DNA from: an uncultured Clostridia bacterium
Lineage (GTDB): Bacteria; Bacillota; Clostridia; Oscillospirales; JAAYOS01
DNA length: 64,000 nucleotides
Direction: 5' to 3'
NCBI GenBank assembly: GCA_947631015.1
Contig: CANRJS010000006.1
Location: forward strand, 10,347-74,346
This document shows positions 54,411-63,696 of this stretch, piece by piece; positions within the stretch are counted from its first letter, which is position 1, and the number at the start of each line of letters is the position of its first letter. The translations under genes and the position numbers were made by a program. The notes beneath the pieces are model-generated. The model saw only the letters and a list, made by a program, of their open reading frames with translations. It was not told where the DNA came from and did no database searches.

Positions 54411-55787
54411 TCACTTGCCTTCGGCCAACCTGTGGGCCTCCTCGAGGCTTATCCCCTTTTCACGCGCTATCCTCGCGAGGTCGTCGAACTCGTACTTCAC
54501 CCGCGTTACCCCGTATCCCTCACTCACCTTGCGGCGGACGGTTCCGTCCGGGGTCTCGGCCGTCTCGATGCGGCGGTCAAGGACATAGCGGCGGAGCGCG
54601 GTCTCGCGCACACCGATAGTGGTAGTGTGTCTGAAGATGAGCCTAACGATCTCATCCCTGTCCCGCTCGGCGCAGATGACGCATATCAGCGTGCCCGGGC
54701 GGGACTTCTTCATGCCTATCGGGACGGTAAAAACATCCTTTGCACCGCCCTCAAAGAGCATCTCGGACGCGAAGCCTATCGCCTCCGCCGTCATGTCGTC
54801 CACGTTGCACTCAAGCTGTATCATCGTGCCCGCCCGGCACTCGGTCTCGCCGAGGAATACGCGGACGCAGTTCGCCACCGGGAAGTCCTTCATTCCCATG
54901 CCGTAACCGACGGCGACCGCCTTCATCGGCGGCATACTGCCGAAGCGGGCGGCAAAGTGCTTCAGGAGCGCCGCGCCGGTCGGGGTGCAGAGCTCGCCGC
55001 TGATGCTGCCGCCGTATATCGGCGCGTCGCGTAGGATATACGCCGTCGCAGGCGCAGGAACCGGAAGGATGCCGTGCGCGCAGCGGACTTTTCCGCTGCC
55101 GACGTGTACCGGCGAGACGACCACCTCGTCCGGCGCGATGCGCTCCATCAGAAGGCACACTGCCGCTATGTCCGCCACGGCGTCCATGGTGCCGACCTCG
55201 TGGAAGTGTATCTGCTCCACCGGCATGCCATGGGCATGGCTCTCCGCCTCGGCAATAAGCCGGTAAACAGCGAGGATATCCGAGCGCACCTTCTCGCTCA
55301 CCGGCAACGACGCGGCTATCCTCTCGATATCCGCAAGGCTGCTGTGGTGATGGTGCGCCTCTCCTCCGTGCTCATGTGTATGTCCGTGCTCATGCTCGTG
55401 GGTATGGTCATGGTCATGCGTGTGGTCATGGTCGTGTGTATGCTCGTGCGTGTGGCCGCTGTCGTGGATCATAAGATGGATATGTTCGTGAGGATGTTCG
55501 TGGTCGTGGTCATGTTCGTGGTCATGTTCGTGGTCGTGATCATGGTCTTGCGGATGCTCATGGTCGTGGACGTCGAGCGACTCCTCCTCGCCGTTTACCG
55601 TCACCGAGACATGGGTCCCGGTTATGCCGCATTTCGTCGAGGGCTCCGCCGTCACCGAAACGCCGGGTATCCCCAGCGCGTTTATCTCCGCTAGGAGCGC
55701 CTCCCTGTCGGGCGCGAGCTCGAGCAGCGCCGCGGCGAGCATATCACCCGCGGCTCCCATTTCGCATTGAATATACAGTGTTTTCAT
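54411..55787 (-). CDS. larC: nickel-pincer cofactor nickel insertase LarC (DUF111) with 76-residue His/Asp/Glu-rich insert
   Basis: MKTLYIQCEMGAAGDMLAAALLEL..., FHEVGTMDAVADI, SPVHVGSGKVRCAHGILPVPAPAT, and a C-terminal LarC2-like region. The insert is encoded at 55344-55571. GGGAGGTAG RBS. Confidence 0.85.
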   Translation of the reverse strand: MKTLYIQCEMGAAGDMLAAALLELAPDREALLAEINALGIPGVSVTAEPSTKCGITGTHVSVTVNGEEESLDVHDHEHPQDHDHDHEHDHEHDHDHEHPHEHIHLMIHDSGHTHEHTHDHDHTHDHDHTHEHEHGHTHEHGGEAHHHHSSLADIERIAASLPVSEKVRSDILAVYRLIAEAESHAHGMPVEQIHFHEVGTMDAVADIAAVCLLMERIAPDEVVVSPVHVGSGKVRCAHGILPVPAPATAYILRDAPIYGGSISGELCTPTGAALLKHFAARFGSMPPMKAVAVGYGMGMKDFPVANCVRVFLGETECRAGTMIQLECNVDDMTAEAIGFASEMLFEGGAKDVFTVPIGMKKSRPGTLICVICAERDRDEIVRLIFRHTTTIGVRETALRRYVLDRRIETAETPDGTVRRKVSEGYGVTRVKYEFDDLARIAREKGISLEEAHRLAEGK

Positions 55788-55961
55788 TGTTCTACCTCCC
55801 AAAAAAAATATCATCAGACGCAAAAAGGCATACACCGTCCGCTTACGCAGACGTGTATACCTTCGTTGTATACAGTAGAGTATGCCCCTGTGTCCCGTTC
55901 CGGCTTCCTGCCGTTTCGTGCTGTCAAATCATATTATAGCTTTCATTCCGGCGGATGTCAA
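55788..55961 (-). promoter_or_regulatory. larC consensus promoter plus ~140-nt leader with terminator/antiterminator potential
   Basis: Minus strand: TTGACA (55961-56), 17-nt spacer, TATAAT (55938-33). Leader hairpin ggtatacacgtctgcgtaagcggacggtgtatgcc followed by ttttt (55828-55862). A competing gtatacaacgaaggtatac hairpin overlaps its 5' arm. Confidence 0.45.
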
Positions 55962-56055
55962 GAGTTCCGCCAGCGGCTGCGGCGAATATCCGTGCCGCCG
56001 CGGCGGAACAAACCGGGAGAGGGCGTGCGCCCTCTCCCGTGTGCCGTGGCCAGCG

Positions 56056-56352
56056 TCACTTCCCCGCGCTGCGCGCCCAGCGGATACACTGGTTTATCCG
56101 CGCGCCCACAGGCGAATCTCCCTGTTCTGCATCACAGGACCACTGCATGAGCTTTTCGCAGGGGATCTCCTCGCACTCGCCGCAGTGTGTGAGCCCCTTC
56201 GAGAGACAGCAGAGCGCTATCGAGCACTCGCCGTAGAACGGGTGTCCCCCGGTCTCGAGACACCCCTTACAGCCGTGTGTCTCCTTGAACTCGCAGCCTG
56301 TGCAATGCAGGCCGCAGCAGCTGTCGACCTTTTCGGTGAATGTAACCGCCAT
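56056..56352 (-). CDS. DUF3795-type Cys-rich protein
   Basis: CCGLHCTGCEFKETHGCKGCLETGGHPFYGECSIALCCLSKGLTHCGECEEIPCEKL. GAAGGAGGG RBS before MAVTF. Confidence 0.7.
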   Translation of the reverse strand: MAVTFTEKVDSCCGLHCTGCEFKETHGCKGCLETGGHPFYGECSIALCCLSKGLTHCGECEEIPCEKLMQWSCDAEQGDSPVGARINQCIRWARSAGK

Positions 56353-56470
56353 ATAATACCCTCCTTCGGCGCGGCTTTGCGCCGTGTTTTCTTCATTATA
56401 CAAAGGGGAACACGACAGCGTAATGTCATGTTCCCCGAAAAATATCCGAAATTGTCGAACCGCGCGCGGC

Positions 56471-57367
56471 TCATACGCCGTACTTTTCGCAGAGGCTCCG
56501 CACCGTCATGCGTATCCGCTCCACGAGCTCCGGCGGGTCGAGGACGGTCACCCTGTCCCCGAACGCGAGCAGCCACCGCACGGCGTCCTCCTCCCGCGAG
56601 AACGCCCAGTGAGTCTCTAGGCGTCCGTCCTCCAGTACCTCGAACGAATTCGGGCCGCATTCCTCCACGAGGCGGAACTTCTCGCTCGGCTCGTAGACCG
56701 CGGTAAAGGGATAGTCGTTTGTGATGTTCGAGCCGAAGTTCAGCTTCTCCGGCGGCACCTCGCGCCGCTCGAAACGCTCGTCCGTCAGGACCGCGTCATA
56801 GAGGCGGCGGAGCTTGTAGAGGCGGAAGTCCTCCCGCGCGGGGCAGTAGCCGAAGAGATACCAGTCCGCCCAGCGGAAGACCACGCTGTACGGCTCGACC
56901 GTCTTCTCCTCGTCCCCGCGCTCGTAGCAGTAGCGGAAGCGGACGCGGAGCCGCTCGTCTATCGCGCTTTCAAAGAGCGCGAGCTTCCGCGCGTGATCAT
57001 CGTGGTAGAAGGACGCGAGGTCGACCGACACCTTTGCTTCCCCGCCTCGCTCACCGCCGAGGCGAGCCTTCAGCTCGGAGGCTCCGCGCGCCGCGGACAC
57101 GCTCTCGAGCGACCCGAGCCCCGCGAGCAGCATCGAAAGCTCGCGCTCGCCGAGGCGCATCACCTCTGGCGCGCTCCCCTCCATGAGAGATATTCCGCCG
57201 CCCGCGCCCTGCCGCGTCACTATCGGCAATCCGGCGCGGGCGATGGCGTCTATGTCGCGGTTTATCGTCCGCGTCGACACCTCGAAGCGCTCCGCGAGCT
57301 CCGCCGCCGTCATCCGACCGCGCCGCGCGAGGAGCGAAACTATCCCGAGAAGCCTGTCTGTCTTCAA
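56471..57367 (-). CDS. YafY-family transcriptional regulator (HTH-WYL-WCX)
   Basis: DRLLGIVSLLARRGRMTAAELAERFEVSTRTINRDIDAIARAGLPIV. The central WYL-type region has ...WADWYLFGYC...FRLYKLRRL. TTG start 7 nt after GGAGG. Confidence 0.8.
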   Translation of the reverse strand: MKTDRLLGIVSLLARRGRMTAAELAERFEVSTRTINRDIDAIARAGLPIVTRQGAGGGISLMEGSAPEVMRLGERELSMLLAGLGSLESVSAARGASELKARLGGERGGEAKVSVDLASFYHDDHARKLALFESAIDERLRVRFRYCYERGDEEKTVEPYSVVFRWADWYLFGYCPAREDFRLYKLRRLYDAVLTDERFERREVPPEKLNFGSNITNDYPFTAVYEPSEKFRLVEECGPNSFEVLEDGRLETHWAFSREEDAVRWLLAFGDRVTVLDPPELVERIRMTVRSLCEKYGV

Positions 57368-57487
57368 TGCGAAACCTCCGTATCGTATGCGCGGCGCGGG
57401 AATTTCCGCGCCGCCGTCCTCTATGCTCCGTTCTCCCGCTCCGCGAGGCGCGGAACCGAACCGCTCGTCCCCCGCACGTCAAGCAGG

Positions 57488-58195
57488 TTACTCTCCCCGC
57501 TCCGCGAGCGGCGCGAGGCTGCGCGCGGTGTAGGTCGCGCAGCTCGCGGGGTGCCGCCCCGCGCGGTCGACAAGGAATGTGTCCGCGCCGAACGCCGCCA
57601 CGCTCTCTATGTCGCCCGCAGGCGAATCTCCCACAACGAGGCAGTCGCGCGGCTCAAACGACACCTCCCGGAAAACATGCTTCCAGAACCCCGCGTTCGG
57701 CTTTATCACGCCTATCCGCTCGGAGGCGAACACTCCGTCGAGGTACGGGAGGAAGTCGCGCAGGCGCGCCGTCTGCACCGCCTCGAAGCCGTTCGTCGCG
57801 GCGTAGAGCGCGGCTCCGTCCCCGCGGAGGCGGCGCAGGACATCCCGCGCCTCGGGATAAGCGTTCCGCCCGCGCGACATCAGCTCCCAATAGCGGCGCA
57901 CGAGCTCGTCCGTCGGGGCGAGGAAGCCGTACTCGCGGCGCATCTCGTCGAGCTCGTCGCGGACGAAGCGGCGGTATCGCTCGTGGTAGGTGCGCTGTAC
58001 CTCCGCGCCGCCGTCCCGGTCGAGGCCGTGGAAGGTCCACCAATAGCCGTCCCGCTCCCACAGGCGCTCAAGCGTCTCCGGCTCGAGGAACATTCCCTCC
58101 CCGGCAAAGAGCGCGCGGAAGACGTCCCGCTTGTCCGCGCCGTAGTCGAGGAGCGTGTAGTCCACGTCGAAGATGTAACATTCATAGCGCTTCAT
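57488..58195 (-). CDS. HAD-superfamily hydrolase
   Basis: YIFDVDYTLLDY (DxD motif I), ATNG, VGDSPAGDI. GGAGGGGA RBS before MKRYE. Confidence 0.75.
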   Translation of the reverse strand: MKRYECYIFDVDYTLLDYGADKRDVFRALFAGEGMFLEPETLERLWERDGYWWTFHGLDRDGGAEVQRTYHERYRRFVRDELDEMRREYGFLAPTDELVRRYWELMSRGRNAYPEARDVLRRLRGDGAALYAATNGFEAVQTARLRDFLPYLDGVFASERIGVIKPNAGFWKHVFREVSFEPRDCLVVGDSPAGDIESVAAFGADTFLVDRAGRHPASCATYTARSLAPLAERGE

Positions 58196-58271
58196 GCGGC
58201 GTCCCCTCCGGAAAGAATATTTCCGGCAGTATACCACACGCCGCCGCGCTTTGCAAGAGGAATCTGCGCGG

Positions 58272-59099
58272 TCACTTCTGCCCGCCGAAGCGGCGCATGA
58301 AAATCTCCGGGTCCATGAGCGCGTCCGCGTTGCGGTTGAGCGTCTCCGCGTCCCAGTCCCACCACTTCACGCGCTCGAGCGTCTCTATCATCTCGGGCGG
58401 GTAGCGGTAGCGCATTATCCGCGCCGGAACGCCCACGACGACGGCGTAGGGCGGAACGTCGTGCGTCACGACCGCGCCCGCGCCTATCACCGCGCCGTCA
58501 CCTATGACGTTCACCTTCGAGCAGTCGATAAAGGCGTAGCCGCCTATCCAGACGTCGTTTCCTATCACGAGCTTCGGCTTGCCCGTCATGTACGGATGCT
58601 TCGGGTCGGCCTCGCAGCGCTCATGAAAGCGGCGGCGGTTCTCCTCCGTGAAGAAGTCCTCCACCTCGTCGCTGATGAAGCTCATGTTCGAGTGGTGGTC
58701 GACGTGTATCATCGCCGTGCTGTTTATCGAGGTGTAGCGGCCGATGCTCTCGATGTAACCGTCTATGCAGGCGTGAACGACGCGCACGCCGAAGTAGCTC
58801 TGGCGGCCTATTTTCGTGCCGTACAGCTCCCACTCGAAGGGGAGCTCCTTACCCTCGTCCTCAAAGCAGATGTAGTCGAGGACGTCGCGGGCGTCGACGC
58901 TTGCCGCGTCCTCGAGAAAGTCGTCAAGGTCATCGTCGGTGACGGCGACGACGTAGTCCCGCTTGAGGTCTACCGTGTCCGCGACGTGCCAGCTTCTTCC
59001 CTCTAGCTCGCGGAGCAGGCGGCGCGTCGGCGTCCCCCAGACCGCTATCTCTCTGCCGTCGAGGCAGTGTTCCAGGACCTGACTGAGTTTTGTTTGCAT
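58272..59099 (-). CDS. hexapeptide-repeat O-acetyltransferase (Vat/CatB-like) with ~120-aa N-terminal extension
   Basis: IGNDVWIGGYAFIDCSKVNVIGDGAVIGAGAVVTHDVPPYAVVVGVPARIMRYRY. GGGAGGG RBS. Confidence 0.75.
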   Translation of the reverse strand: MQTKLSQVLEHCLDGREIAVWGTPTRRLLRELEGRSWHVADTVDLKRDYVVAVTDDDLDDFLEDAASVDARDVLDYICFEDEGKELPFEWELYGTKIGRQSYFGVRVVHACIDGYIESIGRYTSINSTAMIHVDHHSNMSFISDEVEDFFTEENRRRFHERCEADPKHPYMTGKPKLVIGNDVWIGGYAFIDCSKVNVIGDGAVIGAGAVVTHDVPPYAVVVGVPARIMRYRYPPEMIETLERVKWWDWDAETLNRNADALMDPEIFMRRFGGQK

Positions 59100-59198
59100 A
59101 TCATCCCTCCCAAAAAAGATGTTGTATACTCAAAACGGGGCCGCAGTCGAAGCCCCGTTTTTGGTTCGTCTTACGCGTTTCGCCGCCGATAGGCGATT

Positions 59199-59380
59199 CC
59201 GCGCCTGTTCGCGCGGTGAAGTTGGCGGCAAAGCCGCCAACTTCGCGCAGGGGCAATTCATTTACCCCGAGCATTTTAATCGGAAGGGCTCCCACGCGGT
59301 CTGCCGACCGCGTGGGAATTGCGTAGCGGAGCGCCGCCGTCGGCAGGGCATTGCCCTGTCCGACGGTCTCGCGGCCAATT
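59199..59380 (-). repeat. mosaic hairpin repeat, copy E (modules f-d-c-b, inverted orientation)
   Basis: The reverse complement gives TTACCAATTGGCCGCGAGACCGTCGGACAGGGCaatGCCCTGCCGACGGCGG CGCTCCGCTACGC AATTCCCACGCGGTCGGCAGACCGCGTGGGAGCCCTTCCGATT..., colinear with copies A and B. Confidence 0.85.
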
Positions 59381-59517
59381 GGTAAGAATGCGCCCACCCA
59401 CTTTTACTGCACCCAACCGTTTACCGGGCGCATCAGCTTTCGGCGTAGAACGCCGAAAGCCCGACATTATACGCACCTAGCGAGCGTGATTTTCCGCGAC
59501 AGTCTCGGTGCGAAACT

Positions 59518-60006
59518 TTACTCCGTCACCAGCGAATCGTCACGGTCTACCCAGTCCCGCTCTACGTCTACCGTGGAGTAGTGCTCGTCGTCCTCGCGGA
59601 CGTAGACGTTCTTTATCCCCGCGTTGATGATGAGGCGGCGGCACATCGAACAGCTCGTGCGGTTCGCAAGGACTTCGTTCGTCTTGGCGTCCCGCGCCGC
59701 GAGGTAGAGCGACGCGCCGAGCATCTCGCGCCGTCCCGCGCTGATGATGGCGTTCGCCTCGGCGTGGACCGACCGGCAGAGCTCGTAGCGCTCGCCGGAG
59801 GGTATCCCGCGCGCCTCGCGAAGGCAGAAGCCTACGTCCGAGCAGTTCTTCCGTCCGCGCGGCGCGCCGTTGTAGCCGGTCGACACTATCTCGTCGTTCT
59901 GTACTATCACCGCGCCGTAGCGTATGCGGAGGCAGGTAGAGCGCTCGCAGACCGAGTCAGCTATGTCGAGGTAGTAGTTTATCTTGTCCCTTCTCACGGC
60001 GCTCAC
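59518..60006 (-). CDS. dCMP deaminase (ComEB-like)
   Basis: GYNGAPRG, HAEANAI, CSMCRRLIINAGI. GTG start overlapping the upstream stop. Confidence 0.85.
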   Translation of the reverse strand: MSAVRRDKINYYLDIADSVCERSTCLRIRYGAVIVQNDEIVSTGYNGAPRGRKNCSDVGFCLREARGIPSGERYELCRSVHAEANAIISAGRREMLGASLYLAARDAKTNEVLANRTSCSMCRRLIINAGIKNVYVREDDEHYSTVDVERDWVDRDDSLVTE

Positions 60007-62297
60007 CCGCCGATGATTATTATCGTCGCGTTCATGACGCCGTCGACGATCTCATAGTAGATGTTCGCGCGGGTCTCCGGCTCGAGGCTGCCAAACGACG
60101 AGCTTGAGCCCGTGCCGGTGAGTATCGTCGTGTTGTAGTCGACGTACACGCGCTCCTGCGCGCCGGTATCCGTGCGCTCGACGAGCAGCTCGCGCGTCGT
60201 CGAGTTGACGACGAGTATCCTGCCGCTGAAGCTGCCCTGAATGCTCTCCGCCGCGCTCACCTCTATCGCCACTATCTCGCCCGCGCTGAGCGTCAGCGCC
60301 GCGTGCATGCCCTGTATCGTGGTTATCGCGACCGTCTTGCCGTCGCGCAGTATCTCCGCCGTCGGTGCGAGAGGATAGGTGGCGGTCGCGCCCGCGTCGT
60401 CCTTAACGGTGACGCTCGTGCCCGCGCTCGTGATGGATATGCCCTCTATCGTGCCGGAGAGGTTGCTCTCCAGCGGGTCGACCTCGATGAGCGTCACGCG
60501 CCAATACTCGGTGGTGACGGTGAGCTTGTCGCCCACGCGGAGACGGTCGACGTAGGTGACGCGCTTGTTCCGCTCGATGCGCGGCGCCTTGTCCGCCTCG
60601 AAGGATATGACGCCCTTCTCCCCGCCGGTATAGGTGACGGACATCGTCACCGTCTTGCCGTAGGTTATCTCGTCAAGGACGCAGTCGCGCACACTGCCGG
60701 CGTCGTAAGCGTCAATGGCGTCGACCGTTACAACGGAGGCCGTGGTCGAGGCCACACGCCGCATGGTGACAAACATTCCTTCCTTGATATCCGTGAGCCG
60801 CGCGCGTGCGCCGTTTACGGTCACGGCCGGCGCGTCCGCCAGGCGGCAGCTAGTCGTGCCGCCGCGAGGCACGTTCTCTATCGTGACGGTCATGGTCGTG
60901 GTCCCGCTCACGCGGACGAATCCGCCGCGCACATATTCGGCGCTCATGTCCGGCTCTATCGAAATGACCTCGCCCGTCGCGTTGTCCACGCGGATGTCGC
61001 AGCGGCGGTCGATATATGTGCCGGTAAATACCGTGGAGCCGTTCGGCAGGATGTACTCGACGTTTTCCGCGAGCTTCAGCGTTGAGGGCTTGCCGGAGGG
61101 CGTCTCGACGTCGATGGTTCCCTCGGTCCTGTCTATGCCGGTAAGGAACACGCTCTCATAACGGTTGCCGCCCTCGAAGGAGACGACGGCAAGCCTTCCG
61201 CGCGGGTCTACTATCGCGGTGACCGAGGTGTAGTTCGACTCGCTGTCGTACACCTCCGCGCCGCCGGTCACGCTGCCCGCGGCAAAGACCGTCGCGCTGT
61301 CCGCCGTACACTCATAGGTACGCGTGCCGGTGTTTATCTTTACCGTCCCGGTCTTTGAGTCGAAGCTCACGAGCGTGCCGGTGTATCGCTGTATGCGTCC
61401 GGTCTCCACCCGGACGGCAAACACCGCGCCGTTTCTCGAGCACACGCGGACGAAGCTTCCGACGGTGAGCGCCGTGCCGTCCGCCGCGCGGTTGTTCCTG
61501 TAGACCGTCGTTCCGGCAGGGAGAGATATTCCGGTGCTGCCGCCGGTAAGGTTATCTATTGTGAGGATGCCGTTTGCATAGCTTTGGACGGTCCCCACCC
61601 GCACGTCGTAGTCCTCGTAGCCGGGGAGCTCGAGCAGGAGCGCATTACTGTCCATGTAGTCGACGGCGCGGCTGAACATCGTCGCCGAGTCCTCGCGCTT
61701 TATGCTCTCTTTCGGGTTGAAGTTGCCCTTTGTGTCGCCCTGTATGACGCCGATATTGCTGAGCGCCGAGACGTAGGGACGGTACTCGGCCGCTATATCC
61801 GCCGCGTCCCCGAATGCGAACACGAGCGTTCCTGTCGGGACCTCAAGCCCGAGCGCACGGACGAGGTACTTCGTGAATTCCTCGCGGGTGAGCGCATTTT
61901 CAAGCTTGCCCATGAGGCTGAGATCCCGCAGCTCGTCGGGCGCGACTATGCCCGCGGCAGCGGCGACGGCGAAGTTCTCCTGAGCCCAGCCCGGCTGACC
62001 GCCCGTCGCGGCGTACACCCGCGTCTCGTAGTCCTTTACGGCGGCGGCCGAGGCCGTCTCGTCAAAGCCGCACATGCGGACACAGAGCGCTATCGCCTGA
62101 GACGTCGTGAGCAGCTCCTGCGGGCGGAACATCCCGTCCGGATAGCCCTCGTACAGCCCGCGCTCCGTCATGGCGTCTATGTAGCTCGCCGCCCAGTGGC
62201 CGCTCGCGACGTCGGGAAAGGTCGCCGCAGCCGCAGCCGGGACAAGCCCGACTGCCATGATGAGCGCCAGCACGAGTGCGACAGTTCTCTTTTTCAT
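60003..62297 (-). CDS. S-layer-homology (SLH) domain cell-wall protein
   Basis: Signal peptide MKKRTVALVLALIMAVGLVPAAAA, then SLH repeats (FPDVASGHWAASYIDAMTERGLYEGYPDGMFRPQ...) and a long beta-rich region. AGGAGG RBS 7 nt before ATG 62297. The ORF-track extension to 62492 is upstream of the RBS. Confidence 0.85.
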   Translation of the reverse strand: MKKRTVALVLALIMAVGLVPAAAAATFPDVASGHWAASYIDAMTERGLYEGYPDGMFRPQELLTTSQAIALCVRMCGFDETASAAAVKDYETRVYAATGGQPGWAQENFAVAAAAGIVAPDELRDLSLMGKLENALTREEFTKYLVRALGLEVPTGTLVFAFGDAADIAAEYRPYVSALSNIGVIQGDTKGNFNPKESIKREDSATMFSRAVDYMDSNALLLELPGYEDYDVRVGTVQSYANGILTIDNLTGGSTGISLPAGTTVYRNNRAADGTALTVGSFVRVCSRNGAVFAVRVETGRIQRYTGTLVSFDSKTGTVKINTGTRTYECTADSATVFAAGSVTGGAEVYDSESNYTSVTAIVDPRGRLAVVSFEGGNRYESVFLTGIDRTEGTIDVETPSGKPSTLKLAENVEYILPNGSTVFTGTYIDRRCDIRVDNATGEVISIEPDMSAEYVRGGFVRVSGTTTMTVTIENVPRGGTTSCRLADAPAVTVNGARARLTDIKEGMFVTMRRVASTTASVVTVDAIDAYDAGSVRDCVLDEITYGKTVTMSVTYTGGEKGVISFEADKAPRIERNKRVTYVDRLRVGDKLTVTTEYWRVTLIEVDPLESNLSGTIEGISITSAGTSVTVKDDAGATATYPLAPTAEILRDGKTVAITTIQGMHAALTLSAGEIVAIEVSAAESIQGSFSGRILVVNSTTRELLVERTDTGAQERVYVDYNTTILTGTGSSSSFGSLEPETRANIYYEIVDGVMNATIIIIGG

Positions 62298-62377
62298 AAT
62301 CATACCTCCTGTACGGTTCCTACTACAAATTATAGCGGCAACGGAGAAATTTTTCAACAATATATCGTATAAAATTT

Positions 62378-63511
62378 CTATTTGTCGAAGCTCACCCTGT
62401 CCTCGCCCGCGACGACGCAGACGTATGTGCGCCCGGTGCGGAGCGTGAGCGGATCGCCGTCCGCATCCTCGAACTCGAAGGGCTCGTTCCACGCGCCCTT
62501 CGACCAGCTTATCTTCTCCCGCGCGCCGCCGGCAAGGAGCAGTCCGCCGCCCGAGCCGTTCTCGAGCTTCACGGTCATACGCCCCGCCGTGTCGCCTGGT
62601 ATCGCGGATATCGAGGCGTACAATACTAAGACGTTCTCGAAGGCAAGTTGTTCCCCGGTGTCCTCGTCTACGTGCGGCGCGCCGTACTGGCTTACGAGAT
62701 ATTTCTCCTCCGCGTCGTCGTACTCGAGTATTGCCTGCTTGTAGTTCGAGAAGAAGACGCGGGCGTAGTCGGTCGCCTCGCCCGAGCCCTTTCTCTCCGG
62801 TGAGAATGCCTGCCCGAACTTATAGCCTTCGGCGTGCTCGGTGCGGAGTGAAGTCCTTTTGAGGTACGCGTCTATCCGCTCGCCCGTCGTCATGGTCGAG
62901 TGCTCGTAGCCGTTGTTTTTGCGGCGGTCGGCGTCGAGGTAGAACGTGTCGCCGGGATTTCCTCCCCCGCGCACGTTGTCGACGCTCGCCTGCTTTCTGC
63001 TCTTTATCAGCGAGTACGCCTCCTCGCTGCCGCCGGCGTGAAAGAGTATCGCATCGTAGCTGCCGGCGATGTCGAGGTAGTACTTCCGTGTCGAGCGGAC
63101 CGAGCCGATAGTCCCGGCGGCGGTCGGGTCCTGATATATCGCGACAAGGCGGGTGATGCCGCCCTCCGCGACGACCTCAAAGAGGATGTCGGCGGCTCCG
63201 GTGCCGTACTGCGGCAGAGCCTGTTTGATGTTGTTTATCATCACCGCGACGGGTCTGTCGCCCGCCGACGCGTCCTCCGCCATCTCAAGACCGGTGAGCG
63301 GGTCGGGATTTTTCGGCTCCTCGGACGGGGCCGCCGTGGGCGACGGCGAGGGCGAGGGCGTCGGCGTCGGGGACGGCCTTGCCGTGGGCGACGGCGAGGC
63401 GGATGCCTCCGGCTCCTCCGATGTGACGGTTTCGCTCTCCCCGCATCCCGCAAGCGGGAACAGTCCGAGCGCGAGCACCGCCGCGAGCAGCAGCGCTGTA
63501 ATTCTCTTCAT
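62378..63511 (-). CDS. DUF3048-domain lipoprotein
   Basis: Lipobox LFPLAGCGE, a Pro/Ser/Thr linker, PVAVMINN...GITRLVAIYQD. GAAGGAAGG RBS. Confidence 0.75.
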   Translation of the reverse strand: MKRITALLLAAVLALGLFPLAGCGESETVTSEEPEASASPSPTARPSPTPTPSPSPSPTAAPSEEPKNPDPLTGLEMAEDASAGDRPVAVMINNIKQALPQYGTGAADILFEVVAEGGITRLVAIYQDPTAAGTIGSVRSTRKYYLDIAGSYDAILFHAGGSEEAYSLIKSRKQASVDNVRGGGNPGDTFYLDADRRKNNGYEHSTMTTGERIDAYLKRTSLRTEHAEGYKFGQAFSPERKGSGEATDYARVFFSNYKQAILEYDDAEEKYLVSQYGAPHVDEDTGEQLAFENVLVLYASISAIPGDTAGRMTVKLENGSGGGLLLAGGAREKISWSKGAWNEPFEFEDADGDPLTLRTGRTYVCVVAGEDRVSFDK

Positions 63512-63696
63512 ACTTTCTACCTTCCTTCGGTTCGCCGGGTCTCCGGCGGCTTTTCATGCGGCGCTCCGTTCCGCACCGGCAGCGGTCGCTACCCCGCCGC
63601 CCGAGCCGTGTCGGAGCAGACCGAAAAATGTCGATTGCATAAATGCAAAAAGTGTGTTAGAATTGTCTGGTACATCTATCGTATCGGAGGTGCGGT

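Noticed and set aside
55344-55571. Tandem short DNA repeats (catgaccacgaacat...-type) that could look like a microsatellite or CRISPR-like array.
   Set aside because: They are in frame within larC and encode the His/Asp/Glu tract. There is no repeat-spacer organisation.
55788-55935. Calling the larC leader a NiCo (czcD) riboswitch.
   Set aside because: Only short GGGACA/ACAG-like strings are shared, and I cannot reproduce the four-way-junction consensus from memory. Reported only as an unclassified candidate attenuator.
62298-62492. N-terminal 65-aa extension of the SLH protein ORF, overlapping the 3' end of the DUF3048 gene.
   Set aside because: AGGAGG followed by a canonical signal peptide at MKKRTV marks the real start. 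The extension is Arg-rich and overlaps the neighbouring gene.
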